DNA of 64,000 nt from the human T2T-CHM13v2.0 reference genome, Homo sapiens, in NCBI RefSeq assembly GCF_009914755.1, contig NC_060940.1; one strand, 5' to 3'. Below the pieces are notes generated by a model. It saw only the letters and a list, made by a program, of their open reading frames with translations. It had not been told where the DNA came from and searched no databases. Shown here piece by piece: positions 17,577 to 34,923 of the stretch. Numbering within the stretch: the first letter of the stretch is position 1; every line of letters starts with the position of its first letter. A program made the position numbers and the translations under genes.

Positions 17577-18102
17577 TGACCTCAAGTGATCCACCTACCT
17601 CCACCTCCCAAAGTGCTGGGATTACAGGCATACCACAGATTGTTTTAATCACCCCTTAAGTGAACCTCCTGCTCTCTGGAGCCACCACACCTGGCCTTGA
17701 AATAAAGCTATCCTGAGACAGCAGAAAATTTTTTACACAAAGACTCTCTTAATTGAATACTTGAGCAAGTAAAGAGATGGACTTCGGCAAGCTCCAAGAA
17801 ATAACTAAGGCACTTTTGGCTTTTATTGTATTTATTAATTTATTTTTGAGATAGGGTCTCTCGCTGTTATCCAGGTTGGAATGCTGTGGCATGATCCTAG
17901 CTCACTGTACCCTTGAACACCTGGGCTCAAGAGATTCTCCCACCTCAGCCTCCTGAATAGCTGGGACTACAGGCATGTGCCACCTTGCACAGCTAATTAA
18001 AAAAAAATTGTAGATTTTGGGATTACAAGCATGAGCCACTGCACCCACCACTTTTGGCTTTTAGATGTGGTGGAAGGAAGACACAGAAACTGATAAGCAT
18101 TA

Positions 18103-18399
<297 letters not shown>

Positions 18400-20154
18400 T
18401 CAAAAAAAATAAATGAATAAAAATTAAGTCAATTACCCTTTACCCCCCTCAACACCTATGAAAGAACAGGAACAGGCAATTTATAATCTCATTATGTAGA
18501 CTTAAAACACACAAAGAATATTATATATATTTAAGGATAGCCATGCATTTACAATAAGTGGAAGGTGTCCTGGAAGGACACATATTAGCCTATTAAGAGT
18601 GGGCACCTAGGGGAATGAAGAGGGGAAACAAGGGGACTTGCCTGAGCATGCGCCATGAGCCTCAGTTATTATTGCTCATGATCTGACATGTGATTAAATC
18701 AAACAGCACAGGAAGGCCAGAAGGGAAACAAGAAAGAGATAGAAGAGAAGAGAGCGAAGGAAGATAAGAAAAATGCAAGCTCTGACTGGGCACAGTGGCT
18801 CACACCTGTAGTCCCAGCACTTTGGGAGGCTGAGGCAGGTGCATCAGCTGAGGTCAGGAGTTCAATACCAGCCTGGCCAACAGGGTGAAACCCCAGCTCT
18901 ACTAAAAATACAAAAATTAGCCTGGCATGGTGGCGTGCGCCCATAATCCCAGCTACTTGGGGGTGCTGAGGTGGATCACTTGAACCCAGGAGCTGGAGGC
19001 TGCAGTGAGTGGAGACTGCGCCGTTGCACTCCAGCCTGGGCGACAGAGTGAGACTCTGTCTCAAAAAAAAAAAAAAAGAAAAGAAAAAGAAAAATGGAAG
19101 CTCTGGAGTCAGTTATCTTGGTTCGAGTTCACCTTAGCCAAGTTACTTTCCCTCTGTAAGTCTATTTACTTATCTCTAAAACGGGCATGATGTGAGTACC
19201 TCCTTCTAGGCCTGAGGAGGATTGAGATGAAATACTGTATGGAAAATGTTGAGTGCAGCACGTTGTTAATGTATAATAGATGTCAGCTACCGTTATTCAA
19301 AAGTGCGGCTTCCAGAGACAGGCTGACCAGGGGGAGCCTGAGGATTGGCCCAAAGAAGCCAGCTGTTAACTCGGGTTGGAAGGTGCCCAGAAGTACTCTG
19401 CAAGCCACAGCATCTACAGGAAGTGCCCGGGTGGCCACGGCTCTCAAGAGGAATCCACACTAGTTCCTGCCACCCTGTTTCTGCACATGCTGTTCTTTCC
19501 GCCTGGGATGCCCTTTCTCCCTGCTCTGCCTGGCTAAGTTCTCATCATGGTCCTCTAAGGCAGTTCAAGAACTCCATGACTACGACCCCAGCCCTGCACC
19601 CAGGGCCAGGGTGGGTCCTTTTGTGGGGCTTCCTTGGACATAGCCCAGAGCAAAAAGAGATGCAGCTCTTACTCTGATAAACATTATTAAATGAATAAAT
19701 GAATGAGAAACATCATTTTATGGATTTTTTTTTGTGTGTGTGTGGCAGGGTCTCACTCTGTCACCCAGGCTGGAGTGCAGTGTCGCAATCTCGGCTCACT
19801 GCAGCCTCCCACCTCAGCCCCCCAAGTAGTTGAGACCACAGACACGCACCACCACACCCGCTGGCAATATTCCTTCTGAGCAGGTTCCCATTCACCTCCG
19901 TGTTTCCAGCATGGGGATCTGTCTCTGGCGTGGAATAATGACCACGAGGAAGAGGATGACATTCAGTTCTCACACAACACTTAGGACCTGCCAGGCACCA
20001 CCGTGAGTGCTTTAGCAGACATTCACAACAATGTGAGGTAAACAGTATTGTCATCTCTACTTTACAGGTGTGGAGACTGAGGCACAGCAGGTAAGGAACT
20101 TGTCCAAGGCCACACAGCACATAGGAGCAGGCTGGCCCTAGAGCCACTGCCGTC

Positions 20155-20345
20155 AATCTCCCACCCCAGGGGGCACTTGGCAATGTCTGGAGACATTTTT
20201 TATTGTGACAACTAGAGTGATATTCCCAGCATCCAGCAGGTAGAAGCCAGCGATTCTGCTAAATGTCCTATAACACACAGAACAGCCTCCCACAATAAAG
20301 ACTTATCTGGACCTCAGTGGTCACTAGTGCTGAAGCTGAGAAACA
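20155..20345 (+). mobile_element. MER20-like DNA transposon (hAT)
   Basis: ggcaatgtctggagacatttt...ctgctaaatgtcctataa...gctgagaaac. Confidence 0.7.
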
Positions 20346-21078
20346 TTAGGTGTCACTGCCTTTGCTGAGTGAGTCCCTGAGCAAATGCCCTGGGTGATCT
20401 TTGTTTGGGTTCCACTTGACTTTGTAAACATAGGTAGAGGCTCCTGGCAACTTGCCCGCTGCAAGATCAGACATCCAGGTTTGCTCTCCTCTCTGCTCTG
20501 CCATTATCTTGCTGCGTGGCCCTGGGCAAGTCGCTGTTCCTCTTTACCCCTCAGTTGCCACCCTCTTTCCGACCTGAAGACTGGTCTGGGTGCCCCAAGT
20601 GACAGCAGCACTGCCCTGGCTATGGAGCCTCTGGGCTAGACAGAGCTGGCACGCTTGGGTGGGCAGGCTTTCAGGGCTTGCAGAGTGGGTGGCTCATTCC
20701 CTTGACAATCATCCAGGGCTGGTTACGTTCAAATGCCAAGGAGGCAGAGAAGGGAAGGACACTAGCTCAGTTAGCTCTCGGGAATGAATCTCTGAGTAGA
20801 AAAGCCCAGCCTGGCCGGGCGTGATGGCTCAAACCTGTAATCCCAGCACTTTGGAAGGCCGAGATGGGAGGATTGCTTGAGTCCAGGAGTTCAAGACTAG
20901 CCCTGGCAACATAGTAAGACCTCATCTCTACAAAAGAATACAAAAATTAGCCAGTTGGTGTGGTGGTGGCATCTCTAGTCCCAGCTACTCAGGAGGCTGA
21001 GATGGCAGGATCGCCTGAGCCTGGAAGTGGGCCATATTTGCCCACTGCACTCCAGTGTGGGCGACAGACTGACTCTAT

Positions 21079-21114
<36 letters not shown>

Positions 21115-22799
21115 AGAAAGCGAAAAGAAAGAGAGAGAAAGAAAGAGAAAGAAAAGCCCAGCCTGATATAACCTCAATTAGCAATTTACTCATTCATTTA
21201 TACTCCACAAACACTGAGTATCCAGAGTATCCACTGTGTGCCAGGCGCTAGTGTCAGTGCTAAATGAGACAAACTCCACCTTCTCCACCCTGCCCAGAGC
21301 AGGGACTCCCCCTTGGGGCTTTGGCCTCCTTCCTCCCTGAAGACTGCAGTTCCTGACACCTCAGCTGACTTCAGACCTTGGGCTTCCAGGGGCTGCTCCA
21401 GGAGCACAGGGCCAGACACCCACTCTTCCCTGCTGCTGCCCCCAAAACACACCCTCCTGGGAGGTTCCGGGGCTCCCTGGTGCCCTGGAGAGCTAAGCTT
21501 TCCCAAGGCCTCACCAGGATCCCGGACGCTGCAGGGCAGCTCTGGCCTCCCAGACAGTTCTGGAGTGGTGTTCCCAGTGTCCGGATGCAGCAGGCTGTGA
21601 TGCTCCCTCCTGTGGCTCGGAGCCCTGAGCATGCAGTGAAGGAGGAGATGGGCAAGCAAGGCTGTTAACATGGCTCAGCTGCCCACCACCTCGCATCCTT
21701 ACCCTGGCCCCCTCCCTCCGTCCCAAGCCAGCTCAAGGAGGGACCTAGGAGTCTGGCCTTTGGGTTGATAGCAGGAGGAAAACACAGGCTTTGGTCAGTC
21801 AGATCTGGCTTGAAATCTTGGGCTGCCACTTATTAGCTGTGTGACCATGAGCAAGTTGCTTTGCCTCTCTGAGCCTGTTTCCTCCTCTGTAAAATGGGGG
21901 TGATAGGGCCCAGCTTTCCTTCCCTAAAGTGTCTAGGGTGCTTGGGACTGAGGCTTCCCTTCCTCTGACCAGCTGCCAGTCTTATTTCCCCTGGCAGGAG
22001 GGGCTCTGTTCTCATCCTCTGTGGGCTGTAACAAGAATTGGAAATGGAAAATCTATGATTCATAATGACATCTGTGTGTGCCCCAGAAGGCGGCAGTGCT
22101 GCCTTAGGGTTGGGCTCTGGAAGACCAAGGCCTCCTGAGCCCTCTGCTGGCCACTCTGGGTTCTCCTCCGCCCATGCACGGTAACAAGAACCTACAGGAC
22201 CACGGGCTGTTGGCATCCAGGAAGCCATGAGAAGGGAGGTGGCCAGCCCAGTACATGCCAAGCACTGGTGCAGGATCCTGCCTCAGGCCAAGGCCCTGTG
22301 CCTTGCCCCATCCACCCCTTGTTACCATGGACATCACCACTACCTCCCCAAAACCTCAGTGGGGCCAGCAGGGAAAGTCACTAGAGCCGGGGCCTCCTGA
22401 TGTCAGGCCAGACCTTGGCCCCCGTCTGCTCGTGTCTGCCAGGACACCTCTCCAGGGGCCACCTTCTGAAGCTGCCCCTTCTGCCCTCCACCTGTAGCAC
22501 CTTCCCTGCCCTTCCTCCTCTTCTGCCTTTCCCAGGCATCTTGGACGCTCGGGGGCCTCTTGACTCTCCTGCTGGGGACACAACATCCCAGGGCAGCAAG
22601 GATTCCAGGATCCATTCCTGCCTTGCCTTGAAATGCAGCCCATGGCTTTGGAGGAGTATATACCACCCTAGCAGCATGCTCTAAAGCTGCCGAGCCCTTC
22701 CTGGGGCACACCCCGCCAGGCTGAGCAAGAGTGAGGGGCTCAGAGGAACATGGCCTGGGCCCCAGGGGCTGCCGGGTGACCCCCGGAACAGGGGCTTAC

Positions 22800-22925
22800 G
22801 TGCTGGATCAGTGTCTCCACGATCTTGTAGCGGTCAGGCATGTGGGTCACCATGTCTGTCATGTTGCCCTCAGACGTCCTCACCAGTGTCCGCCCAAAGA
22901 CCAGGGCCAGGTTCCAGAGTTCCAT
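22800..22925 (-). pseudogene. ARHGAP23-like RhoGAP exon (126 nt; [42 protein letters not shown])
   Basis: gcccag| ... CAC|gtaag. Confidence 0.93.
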
Positions 22926-23011
22926 CTGGGCAGCAGGGAAAGCAGGTCACTGTCAACATCCTGAACTCAGTCCTCCCTCACTCTGGCCCCTAAGGCCTCT
23001 GTCCCCAACTA

Positions 23012-23511
<500 letters not shown>

Positions 23512-23777
23512 CTAACTCGGAGGATGGCAATGCATCAGATACGGGGAGCCGGGGTTCCCTGCCTCTGGAAAGCCCTCAGAAACTCAGGAGATGGCTCTCT
23601 GGGGGAAAGCACTGACCAGCATGTAGGAGCGGGATGGGGACGGAGCAGTCATAGGAGGAGGGCGTGCCTAGAGGGGCCTGAGTTATTGGACCTGCAGGAG
23701 CTCAGTGCGTGCTGAGGGCCCCCACACAGTAAGTCCGTGCTTGCCTCCCCCAGACTCCATGCGGGACTCCTACCCAC

Positions 23778-23867
23778 CTTGTTTTTCTCAGAGTGGTCAG
23801 CGATGGTCTTGAGATGGCCCACAAGGAATTTGAGTGTTTCATAGTAGTGTCCTGGGAGATCCCGGAT
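23778..23867 (-). pseudogene. ARHGAP23-like RhoGAP exon (90 nt; [30 protein letters not shown])
   Basis: gctcag| ... AAG|gtggg. Confidence 0.93.
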
Positions 23868-24147
23868 CTGAGCAGGAGAGAGGAGGGGCATGGGGACAGG
23901 CTGTAAGGGCCTGCCCCTGTCCCCCGTCACCACCATGCCCCAAAGATCTCCCACTACCATGCCTCAGGGAGTCTGGAACCTATCCTCTAACCCCCCGTTC
24001 TCTTGTGTGGATGGGGAAACTGATGCCCTGAGTGGAGCAGGGCAAGGCCACAGGGGTCGTGGGTAACACCGGACTCCCTGCCTCCTGGGACAGAGGTGCT
24101 CAGGCAGCTGCCCCACCTCGTGCCTGGCAGCACCTCTCTCTCCTTAC

Positions 24148-24221
24148 CAGCTTCCGCAGCGTCCTCATCCGCTCCCGCGCGTCCTCAATGCAGTTGGCCT
24201 CGATGAAGTCGTTGTATTTGT
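24148..24221 (-). pseudogene. ARHGAP23-like RhoGAP exon (74 nt; [25 protein letters not shown])
   Basis: ttttag| ... CTG|gtaag. Confidence 0.92.
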
Positions 24222-24373
24222 CTAAAACACAGCAGAGACTCTTTAGAGAGGTAGGGGCAGCACCTTACCCTGTTCTCCAGGCCGAGGGCCCTGCTGGGAG
24301 GGCTGTGTTTTGAACTCCTCCAGTTCGGGGGCTCCAGCATGGGCGACAGCCTCTTGTGTATGTGAACACACCC

Positions 24374-24433
24374 ACCACAGCTGCACTTACCACAGCTGCA
24401 CTCACCACAGCTGCACTCACCACAGCTACACTC
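24374..24433. repeat. 15-bp tandem repeat, 4 copies (accacagctgcactc)
   Basis: Direct reading. Confidence 0.9.
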
Positions 24434-25081
24434 GGGTGTGCACCTGACCTGGGGTAGCCCAGCTGTGTTCATTTGGGAGGCAATACGACCTGAGGTGCAT
24501 GCTGATCGCAGGAAAGGGGTCCATGCCCCCGTCTCCAGGACATGGACACCAAGGTTCAGCAGGTCAGAAGAGAAGGGCACCTGGAGAGGAGGAGGGGCTT
24601 CAGACACCCTCGACCAAGGATTCCCCCAACTCCCTTCAGAACAATTCCATGGGGACCTTTAAAGAATGGAACATGATAAGCCTATTCTGAAATTCATCTG
24701 GATGAGCTAATGCACAAAGACAGCCAGGAATAGTTTTTAAAAAAAGAGTAACGCGGGAGGATCTGCCCTACCAGGGACTGAAACATCCTGAATGGATGGC
24801 ACAGCTGAAGCCGGCTGGCACGGCAGAAAAGGCAGAGCAATGTTAAGGCTAGAAAGGGGGGAAGTGGGCCATGTGGATATTTATTATATGATAAAGGCAG
24901 CACTTCCAATCGGGGGGAGGGATGGGGGCCTCAACAGATGTCCCCGGGACAAATGGCTACCATCGGGGGCGGGGGGGATCATTTCTAGCTCACAATACAC
25001 AAATGCAATCACACGGCAGAGCCAATTGTGAAAATTATAAAAGCACTGGGGAAAAAATAAGAAAATATTTTTATAATCCTA

Positions 25082-25487
<406 letters not shown>

Positions 25488-25553
25488 TTAGGCAGGGAGC
25501 GGTGGCTCACGCCTGTAATCCCAGCACTTTGGGAGGCCAAGGAGGGTGGATCA

Positions 25554-25820
<267 letters not shown>

Positions 25821-26343
25821 CTATACTGCAAAGTGAAAAGGCAAATGGCAGGCCAAAGCAAATATTTGCAAAAACTAACAAAGGGTTAATATGTGTAAAA
25901 CACAAAGAGCTTTTCTCCCACAAATCAACATAAGAAAAAGATAAACAACCCAACAGAAAAATGGGCACATGGTCTGATCAAGTAATTACAGAGAAAATAG
26001 AAACAGCCAGTATGCTAATGAAAAAAGATTTAATCTCCCTAGTAATGAGGGCAATGAAAATAAAAACAATAATGAGATACCATTTCTCTTATCTGATTAG
26101 CAAAAGTTTAAAATATTAATAATATTTAATGCTGTCTGGGTGAGGTGGCTCAAGCCTAAAATCCCAGCACTTTGAAAGGCCGAGGAGCGATGATCACTTT
26201 AGACCAGGAGTTGAAGACCAGCCTGAGCAACGTAGTGAGACCCTGCCTCTACCAGAAAAAAAATTTTTTTTAATTAGATGGGTATAGTGGCACAAACCTG
26301 TAGTCCCAGCTACTCAGGAGGCTGAGATGGGAGGATCACTTGA

Positions 26344-26928
<585 letters not shown>

Positions 26929-27186
26929 TAAGAATCCCCTTAGAGAGCACAGATCCAGGCGTTCAAGGACTTATTCAAGGAAAGCCATTGCAACAGGTTG
27001 TGTGATAGCAAACATTTGAAGACAAGCTAAATATCCATCAATAGAGGAGTACTTAAAGAAATTATAGTCTATTCAAACCATGAAATTCTATGTGGTTGAT
27101 TTAAAAGAAGAATGAGGTAGAGCTCTCTGCACTGACACGAATGAATCTCAGAATTACAACTCTGCTTTTGTTAAAAACAACTCAAC

Positions 27187-27388
27187 CAGCGGTGTGCTGG
27201 AGTCCGCTCACACCAGCTCCTGAGAGCGACTGTGTGCCTCTCTTCCCAATTCCATGTTGGTGACATCATGTTGGTGGCTTGAAATAAACCACGGTAGGAG
27301 TATTTACACCATGGAAGCTGGAAAACGCTAGGCATTAGGGCTTTTTTCTCCCAGAAACAGATGTTAAACATCTGCCAGCACACCCCTG
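27187..27388 (+). mobile_element. MER63-like hAT DNA transposon
   Basis: TIRs cagcggtgtgctgg / ccagcacacccctg; degenerate 8-bp TSD aactcaac/aacccacc. Confidence 0.7.
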
Positions 27389-28211
27389 AACCCACCCAAC
27401 TCCAAACCCCACGCAGGCACGTGTGTATCTCTGCCATGCATATAAGAGGGCCAGGAGAGAAACACAACAGATTGTGAATAAGCAGTTCAGCAAACAGCCA
27501 AAGCCCATCGGAGCCCGACGCCTGGGGTGGAATCCTGGCTCTGCCATTTACAACCTGTGTGACCTTGGGCAAGGCATTAAACCTCTCTGAGCCTTGGTTT
27601 CCTCATCTGTAGAGGGAAGACAATAGCACCTTCCTCATGGAGTTGCTGTAGGGAGTTGTGCTTGGCACACACTAATGCTCAGAAAGTGTTAGCCACAACC
27701 TCCCGTGAAAGGGAGGAGGAGATTCACAGGGTCCTGTGCTGTTTTTATTCACATCTGCACAATCTATGTTTTTTTTTAATAAGATTTTGTGTTAAAAAAA
27801 AAAAAAAAAGCCAGCGTGGTGGCTCATGCCTGTAATCCCAGCATTTTGTGGGGCTGGGGCAGGCAGGAGGATTGCTTGAGCCCAAGAGTGCAACACCAGT
27901 CTGAGCAACATAGTGAGAAACTCCCCCCATCTCTGAAAAAAACTTTTAAATTAGCTGGGTGTGGTGGTGTTCACCTGCTGTCTCAGCTACTCAGGAGGCT
28001 GAGGTGGGAGGATCGCTAGAGCCCAGTAGCTTGAGGCTGCAATGAGCTGTGATTGCACCACTGCACTCCAGCCTGGGCGACAGAGCAAGACTGTCTCCAA
28101 AAAAATAAATAAATAAAAGAGTAAAACCAACAAACCAAATGCAAAAGTAGTGGTCAGGGTGCGGCACAGACTGGTGTCCCCTCCCCACCCCCACTTCCAC
28201 CTCCTACTCAC

Positions 28212-28290
28212 CAGCAGTGAAAAGAGGCTCGAGCAGCTTTCGGAAGAAGGACTTGAGCAGGCTGTTGATCACATTGAGGTCTTGCCAGCG
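28212..28290 (-). pseudogene. ARHGAP23-like RhoGAP exon (79 nt; [26 protein letters not shown])
   Basis: ccccag| ... CTG|gtgag; not in the ORF track. Confidence 0.92.
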
Positions 28291-29004
28291 CTGGGGGAGG
28301 AGTCAGATGTCAGGCCACAGGCAAGCCTAGCCCAATGCCCATGCCTCCATGATCATTCACCCCAGAGCCCAATCAAGCCCACCAGGCCCTCCCTGGGACC
28401 CACTTAGACTAAGCTCTCTACTCATCAGGATGGTGGCAGCAGAACTGAGTCCCCAGAGAGGTCCTGTGCCCACACTCACACTTGGCCCCAGCCCCTCCCT
28501 GCTCCTGCCAGCGCGTGGGCTCCAACACCTCCCCATTCACAGAAAGTCCCAGGCACTGTGGGGACACAGTGAGTGGCAGCTGCTGCCTCCACTGGACACA
28601 GTTTAAGCATCTGTGACACAGCAGTCATTCGTGCCAGCTCCTTCCTGTCTCAGGTCCTCTGCATGTGCTGGTTCCCTCAACCAGAACTTTCCTCCCCGCC
28701 TCCACACAACTGGCTCCTCATCCCCGCCTAAAAGTCGCTCTTCAAAGAGGCCTTCTCTGACCCTCATAGCTAAAGCAGCCACCTTCACCACTGCCCTGTC
28801 ACCTGCACCCCAGCCCTGACTTTGTTTCCTTCATGGCGCTTAACCCAATTTGTCATTATTTTCTGCTTTTGTTTCTATGTTCATGCCTGTCTCCCTGCAG
28901 GACTGTAAGCTCCAGGAGGAGCCAGGATCCCGTCTGTCTCATTTCCCACTGTGCTCCTATCACCTAGCTAGGACAGTTAACCTGATACTTACATGGCCCT
29001 AAAT

Positions 29005-29231
29005 CAGTAGTTCTAACAGAAGGAGGCAATTTTGTCCCCCAAACTCCCACTCCACCCCCAGAGGACATTTGACAATGTCTGGAGCCATTTTGATTTTCCC
29101 AACTGGGAGGTGACACTTGCATCTAGTGGATCGAGGCCAGGGATGATTCCAAATTTCCTCCAGTGCACAGGGCAACCCCACACAACAAATAATTGTTCTT
29201 CCCAAAATGTCCACTGAGGTTGAGAAACCCT
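29005..29231 (+). mobile_element. MER20-like DNA transposon
   Basis: cagtagttct...ggacatttgacaatgtctggag...gaggttgagaaaccct. Confidence 0.7.
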
Positions 29232-31673
29232 ACTCTAAAATAAATGGTTGTTGAGTACAAGAACTAACTGCCGGGTCGTTGTCCCTTCTGTCCTCCAGGG
29301 GGCAGCATCACCCCACATTGCAACCAAGTCGGGCACAGCCGCCTCGCTGGGAATGGCTCACAATAACTCAGGCCCAGAAAGCGACCTAATACCCCCAACA
29401 AAGAGACACAGCACAGCAGTACACACACTCATTACAATGGATCCACAGCTTAATGCCAGACAATCCCATAAACAATACACTCCGCACAGGCTCACCAGGG
29501 GTTAGATTCATCCCCCACTACACTTACTCCCAGCACGACCCACAACAAATGACACAATGATATCCAAGACAAAACAACACACCCAATATACCTTGTATGC
29601 CCCCAGCTGGCCCTGGCTTGGACCAGTTGCCTGCCAGCACGGCCCCCTCATCTCACACACACCCAGTGCGGCTCCTGCCCACCCGACTCCGTTACCTCCT
29701 GGCCCTCAGGTGTGAGCTCCTCTCATCTCCCAGCTGCCAAACCCAATGCCCTGGCCAGTGCTTCCTGGCTCCTCCAGAGTGAAGTGTCTGCCCTCACCCC
29801 AGCCTCACCGGCGGTCCTCTCCTTCTGTCCCACTCAGCGCGTGGCCCCTGCTGTTCTGCGGCCCACCCTTGGTCATCCCATGCCCCAGCTGCAGCAGGAC
29901 CCATGCCACTCTCTAGTCCACGCTCAATCTAGCGCCTGTTTATGCCCTCGCCCCATGCAAGGGACTTTCCATACCCCAAATCCAATGGAGCCACTCCCTG
30001 AGACGGCCCCTCCCTTCCACCTCTCCTCACGCTGCCCTACTCCCTGGTTTCTGCCAGGGGAAGATACCACCAGCCCCAGCTCAAACATGCGGCTCTTCCT
30101 CGCCCCTCCTTCCTCCTTCTCATGCAGCCAACTCTTAGGGTTGCTCCCATCCTCCCCCTTCCCCCGGGACCACCAAGTCCTCCCAACACTTAGCACTTCC
30201 ATAGATCAGTGACTTCTCCCCAGACCCCTGCCCTCCGCATTCGTATCCAATGGACATGAGCAGGAGCATTACTCTTTCTTGAACTTTGTACTCACGATGC
30301 CTCCCCAGCTTAAGAAGCATCAAAAGCTCCCTACTGTCCATCAGATCAAGGTCGAAGTCTTCAGTGAAGCCATCAAATGCCCTCTCTGTCCCCCTGGGGC
30401 CTCACCCTCCCCACCTTCATGCCCAGGAGGTAGATCCACTCTCTGTCCTAACCCTCAAGCCCTCCCTGGCCCTTGCTGGGGTTTTGGAAAATGCCATCGT
30501 CTCACACCCCGAAAGGCTTCCTGTCCACCTACCCCCTCCTATTCATTCCTCCAATACTCAAATCCTCCAGCCACCACCTGCTCCAGCCTGAGCACCCTGT
30601 CCTTCCTCATCACAGTGTGGTCCCTGATGAGAGATCATCTTTTTCTCCTGTCCACAATTTCACACACACTTGTCTCAGCTCCTCATTCTCCAAGGACAGG
30701 AAGACTTGTGTATTCCATGAGCCTTCACGTGTGTGACTCATGGGACATCACTGCCCATGTTCATGGTTTTCCAAAATATCTTTTTTATCAGAGCCCCTTT
30801 GGGCAAATAAAATTGTACGTGAAAACCCAGTACAACAGACAGGGCAAAGCAGGGTTGCTCTAGCAAGGACACGGGGTCCTGACCTGACCCTGGCCTCCCA
30901 AGGCCCCTCTGGGGAACCCCAGGACTCTGGGGAACACCCTTTGAGAATCGCCGGCCCTACTGGAAACACTTAAGTGTGATTGCAGATTCCTTCACAGGCT
31001 GGTCTCATCTCGCCTGATCAGCCACTTCTCTTTCCATGTTGCAGCCACCCAAATGGCTGGCCATTCTAGAAAACATCATATATTCCCCTTTTTCTAAGCC
31101 GGCAGTTTGTAAAACTTGATCTGTAGGCAATATCTAGCCAAGCCTTCTTTTGGATGGCCCTTGAGCTAAGTATGATTTTTATGTTGTTAAAGGATTAGGA
31201 AGAGAAGGAGGAGGAAGAGAAGGGGGGAATGCAACAGAGAAAACTACAGCAGAAAATATTTACTCTCTGCCTTCTACAGAGAAAGCTGGTTGACTCCTGG
31301 CACACTTTTCGCGCCTACACCATTGCGCAGCCCATTCTGCTGCCTGGAATGCCCTCACCTGGCTTTCATCGGCCTTTGGTGAACTCTACTCATCCTAAAC
31401 ACTCGGACAAAACTGCCGTTTGTGAGCCTCTGCCTCAGAGCTCCCCAGGCCATGACTGCATTTACTTGGTCAGCTTCAGCCTGGGGTGATGCCCATCCCC
31501 GGGCTGGCCAGCGGGGGCAGGTCCCATCTTGCCCATCTTGGTGTCCTGGACCAATGCCGGACATGTCATAGGGCACAATGCATGCAACACAATAGACTAC
31601 AGAACTCTCCAAGCGGAGCACCACCCACACACCATCTCAGCCCCCCTTCCACAGACCCCCCAGCTTCACCCAC

Positions 31674-31829
31674 CTCATCCTGCTGGTTGATGTCACCAGG
31701 CCCAGGATTGAGCTGCTCCTGTAGGCTGGACACCACTGCATTGTTGCCAGGCACTCGGTAAAAGCCTGTGGACTCCAGCCCTCGTGCCTCCACAATGTGA
31801 CAGCATGCAGCCACGATTAAGGGGACATG
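31674..31829 (-). pseudogene. ARHGAP23-like RhoGAP exon with the arginine-finger motif (156 nt; HVPLIV...GFYRVPGN...QDE)
   Basis: ccccag| ... GAG|gtggg. Confidence 0.93.
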
Positions 31830-32201
31830 CTGGGGACACAGGGGAGGGGTGTTAGGGGGGACAGGGGCCAGAGGAGCTGGGGAGGCCAAGAAGGGGACAA
31901 TGCAAGGCCCAGAGCTGCTGCCAGGAACCCTTGGGGGGAACAAAAGGCCTTTGCTGCCTCCAGTCTGGGAGCTACAAATGACACCAAAGCCTCGCCATGG
32001 TCTGAGAAGGAGCCGGGCTCAGCCTCAGCCCGGCTGCTCCCTCCCTGGGAGGCCCAGGGCAGGCCTCCCCTCTCTGGGCTGTTTTCCCAGCTGTGTTTGT
32101 ACAATGAGGTGGAGAGCTTGTTCCATGTCCCTTGCTGCTCTGACCCTCTGTGCCTTGGTCTCCCCCTGCCGGGCCTGCTCTGGCGTGTGGCAGAGACCCA
32201 C

Positions 32202-32323
32202 CTGGTTCTCCGTGGCTGGCTGGCACTCCTCCAGCCTGACCCCAAATGCCCTTGGGGCAGCCTTCTTATTTTTCTTGATGATGTTGATGCCCCAGGGGGT
32301 TTTGGGGGCTGCAGCACTGTCAT
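32202..32323 (-). pseudogene. ARHGAP23-like exon (122 nt; [41 protein letters not shown])
   Basis: cttcag| ... CAG|gtggg; FGVRLEE is the start of the RhoGAP domain. Confidence 0.92.
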
Positions 32324-32451
32324 CTGAAGTGGGGGAGACAGAGCCAGAGTGAGCTGGAGTATCCAGGAGGGTCGCACACATTCACTGCCACATTCACACA
32401 TTTGGATGTATGGGGATTCCATCAGAGAAGAAACCAGATGCCCAGGGCTGA

Positions 32452-34132
<1,681 letters not shown>

Positions 34133-34466
34133 GGTAAGAACTTTCTAATAGCCAAAGGTGAGGGAAATGGGAAAGGTTGCTCTTGGAAAGGGTGGGCCTC
34201 TCATCCCTGCGGAGACACCAGCAAAGATTAGAGGACCACCCAGCAGGGATGTCAGGGAGGGGAATCAGGCTCCAGGCCCTTCCACCCCAAGACCCTGAGA
34301 GCCCCCAGACCCTCACAGGCATGCACATGCAGACAGACATACCGGTAACCCTGGCACACAGTCAGGCACACACGAGCAGACACAGCCCAACACACACACA
34401 CATGCTCTCCCCTCTCCATGCCCTCTTCCCCAACACACCACCCTGTCTCAGTGGCCACCTTCCTAC

Positions 34467-34597
34467 CTTTGCTCCCTGCGGGCAGGTCCTGAGTCCTGAG
34501 GCCACGTGCCGCACTCTGCTTGAGGAACTCAGACTTGAGGCCCCCCAGGCCGCGAGAGCCTTTGGGGGAGGAATCAGCTTTGGGCCCAGAGCTATGG
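34467..34597 (-). pseudogene. ARHGAP23-like exon (131 nt; [43 protein letters not shown])
   Basis: acacag| ... AAAG|gtagg; phases fit both neighbours. Confidence 0.88.
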
Positions 34598-34861
34598 CTG
34601 TGTAGGAAAAAGGGGGAGAGGAGAGGTCTTCACTTGGGGTGGCCAAGCAGGCCACCCACCCTGGCCTCCTGCCCCTCGGGACATCCCCTCCACCCTGAGG
34701 CAATGCCTCCATGCCAAACTGCAGCCTGGAGACCCTGGATACCCTGGATACCCCTTTCCCCAGCAGAGGGCAGCCCTGGAGGTGGTCCAGGAAGACATCC
34801 TCTGCCTTCAGCCCCCTACCACCCCCACAGAGGAGACTGCTCCATGAGGGCTAGGCCTCAC

Positions 34862-34923
34862 CTCACTTTGCGATAATCATTAAGCTTCTTGCTGATCAGA
34901 GCTTGGTTGGCACAGCCGGGGTC
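34862..34923 (-). pseudogene. ARHGAP23-like exon (62 nt; [20 protein letters not shown])
   Basis: cttcag| ... GTGAG|gtgag; not in the ORF track. Confidence 0.9.
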
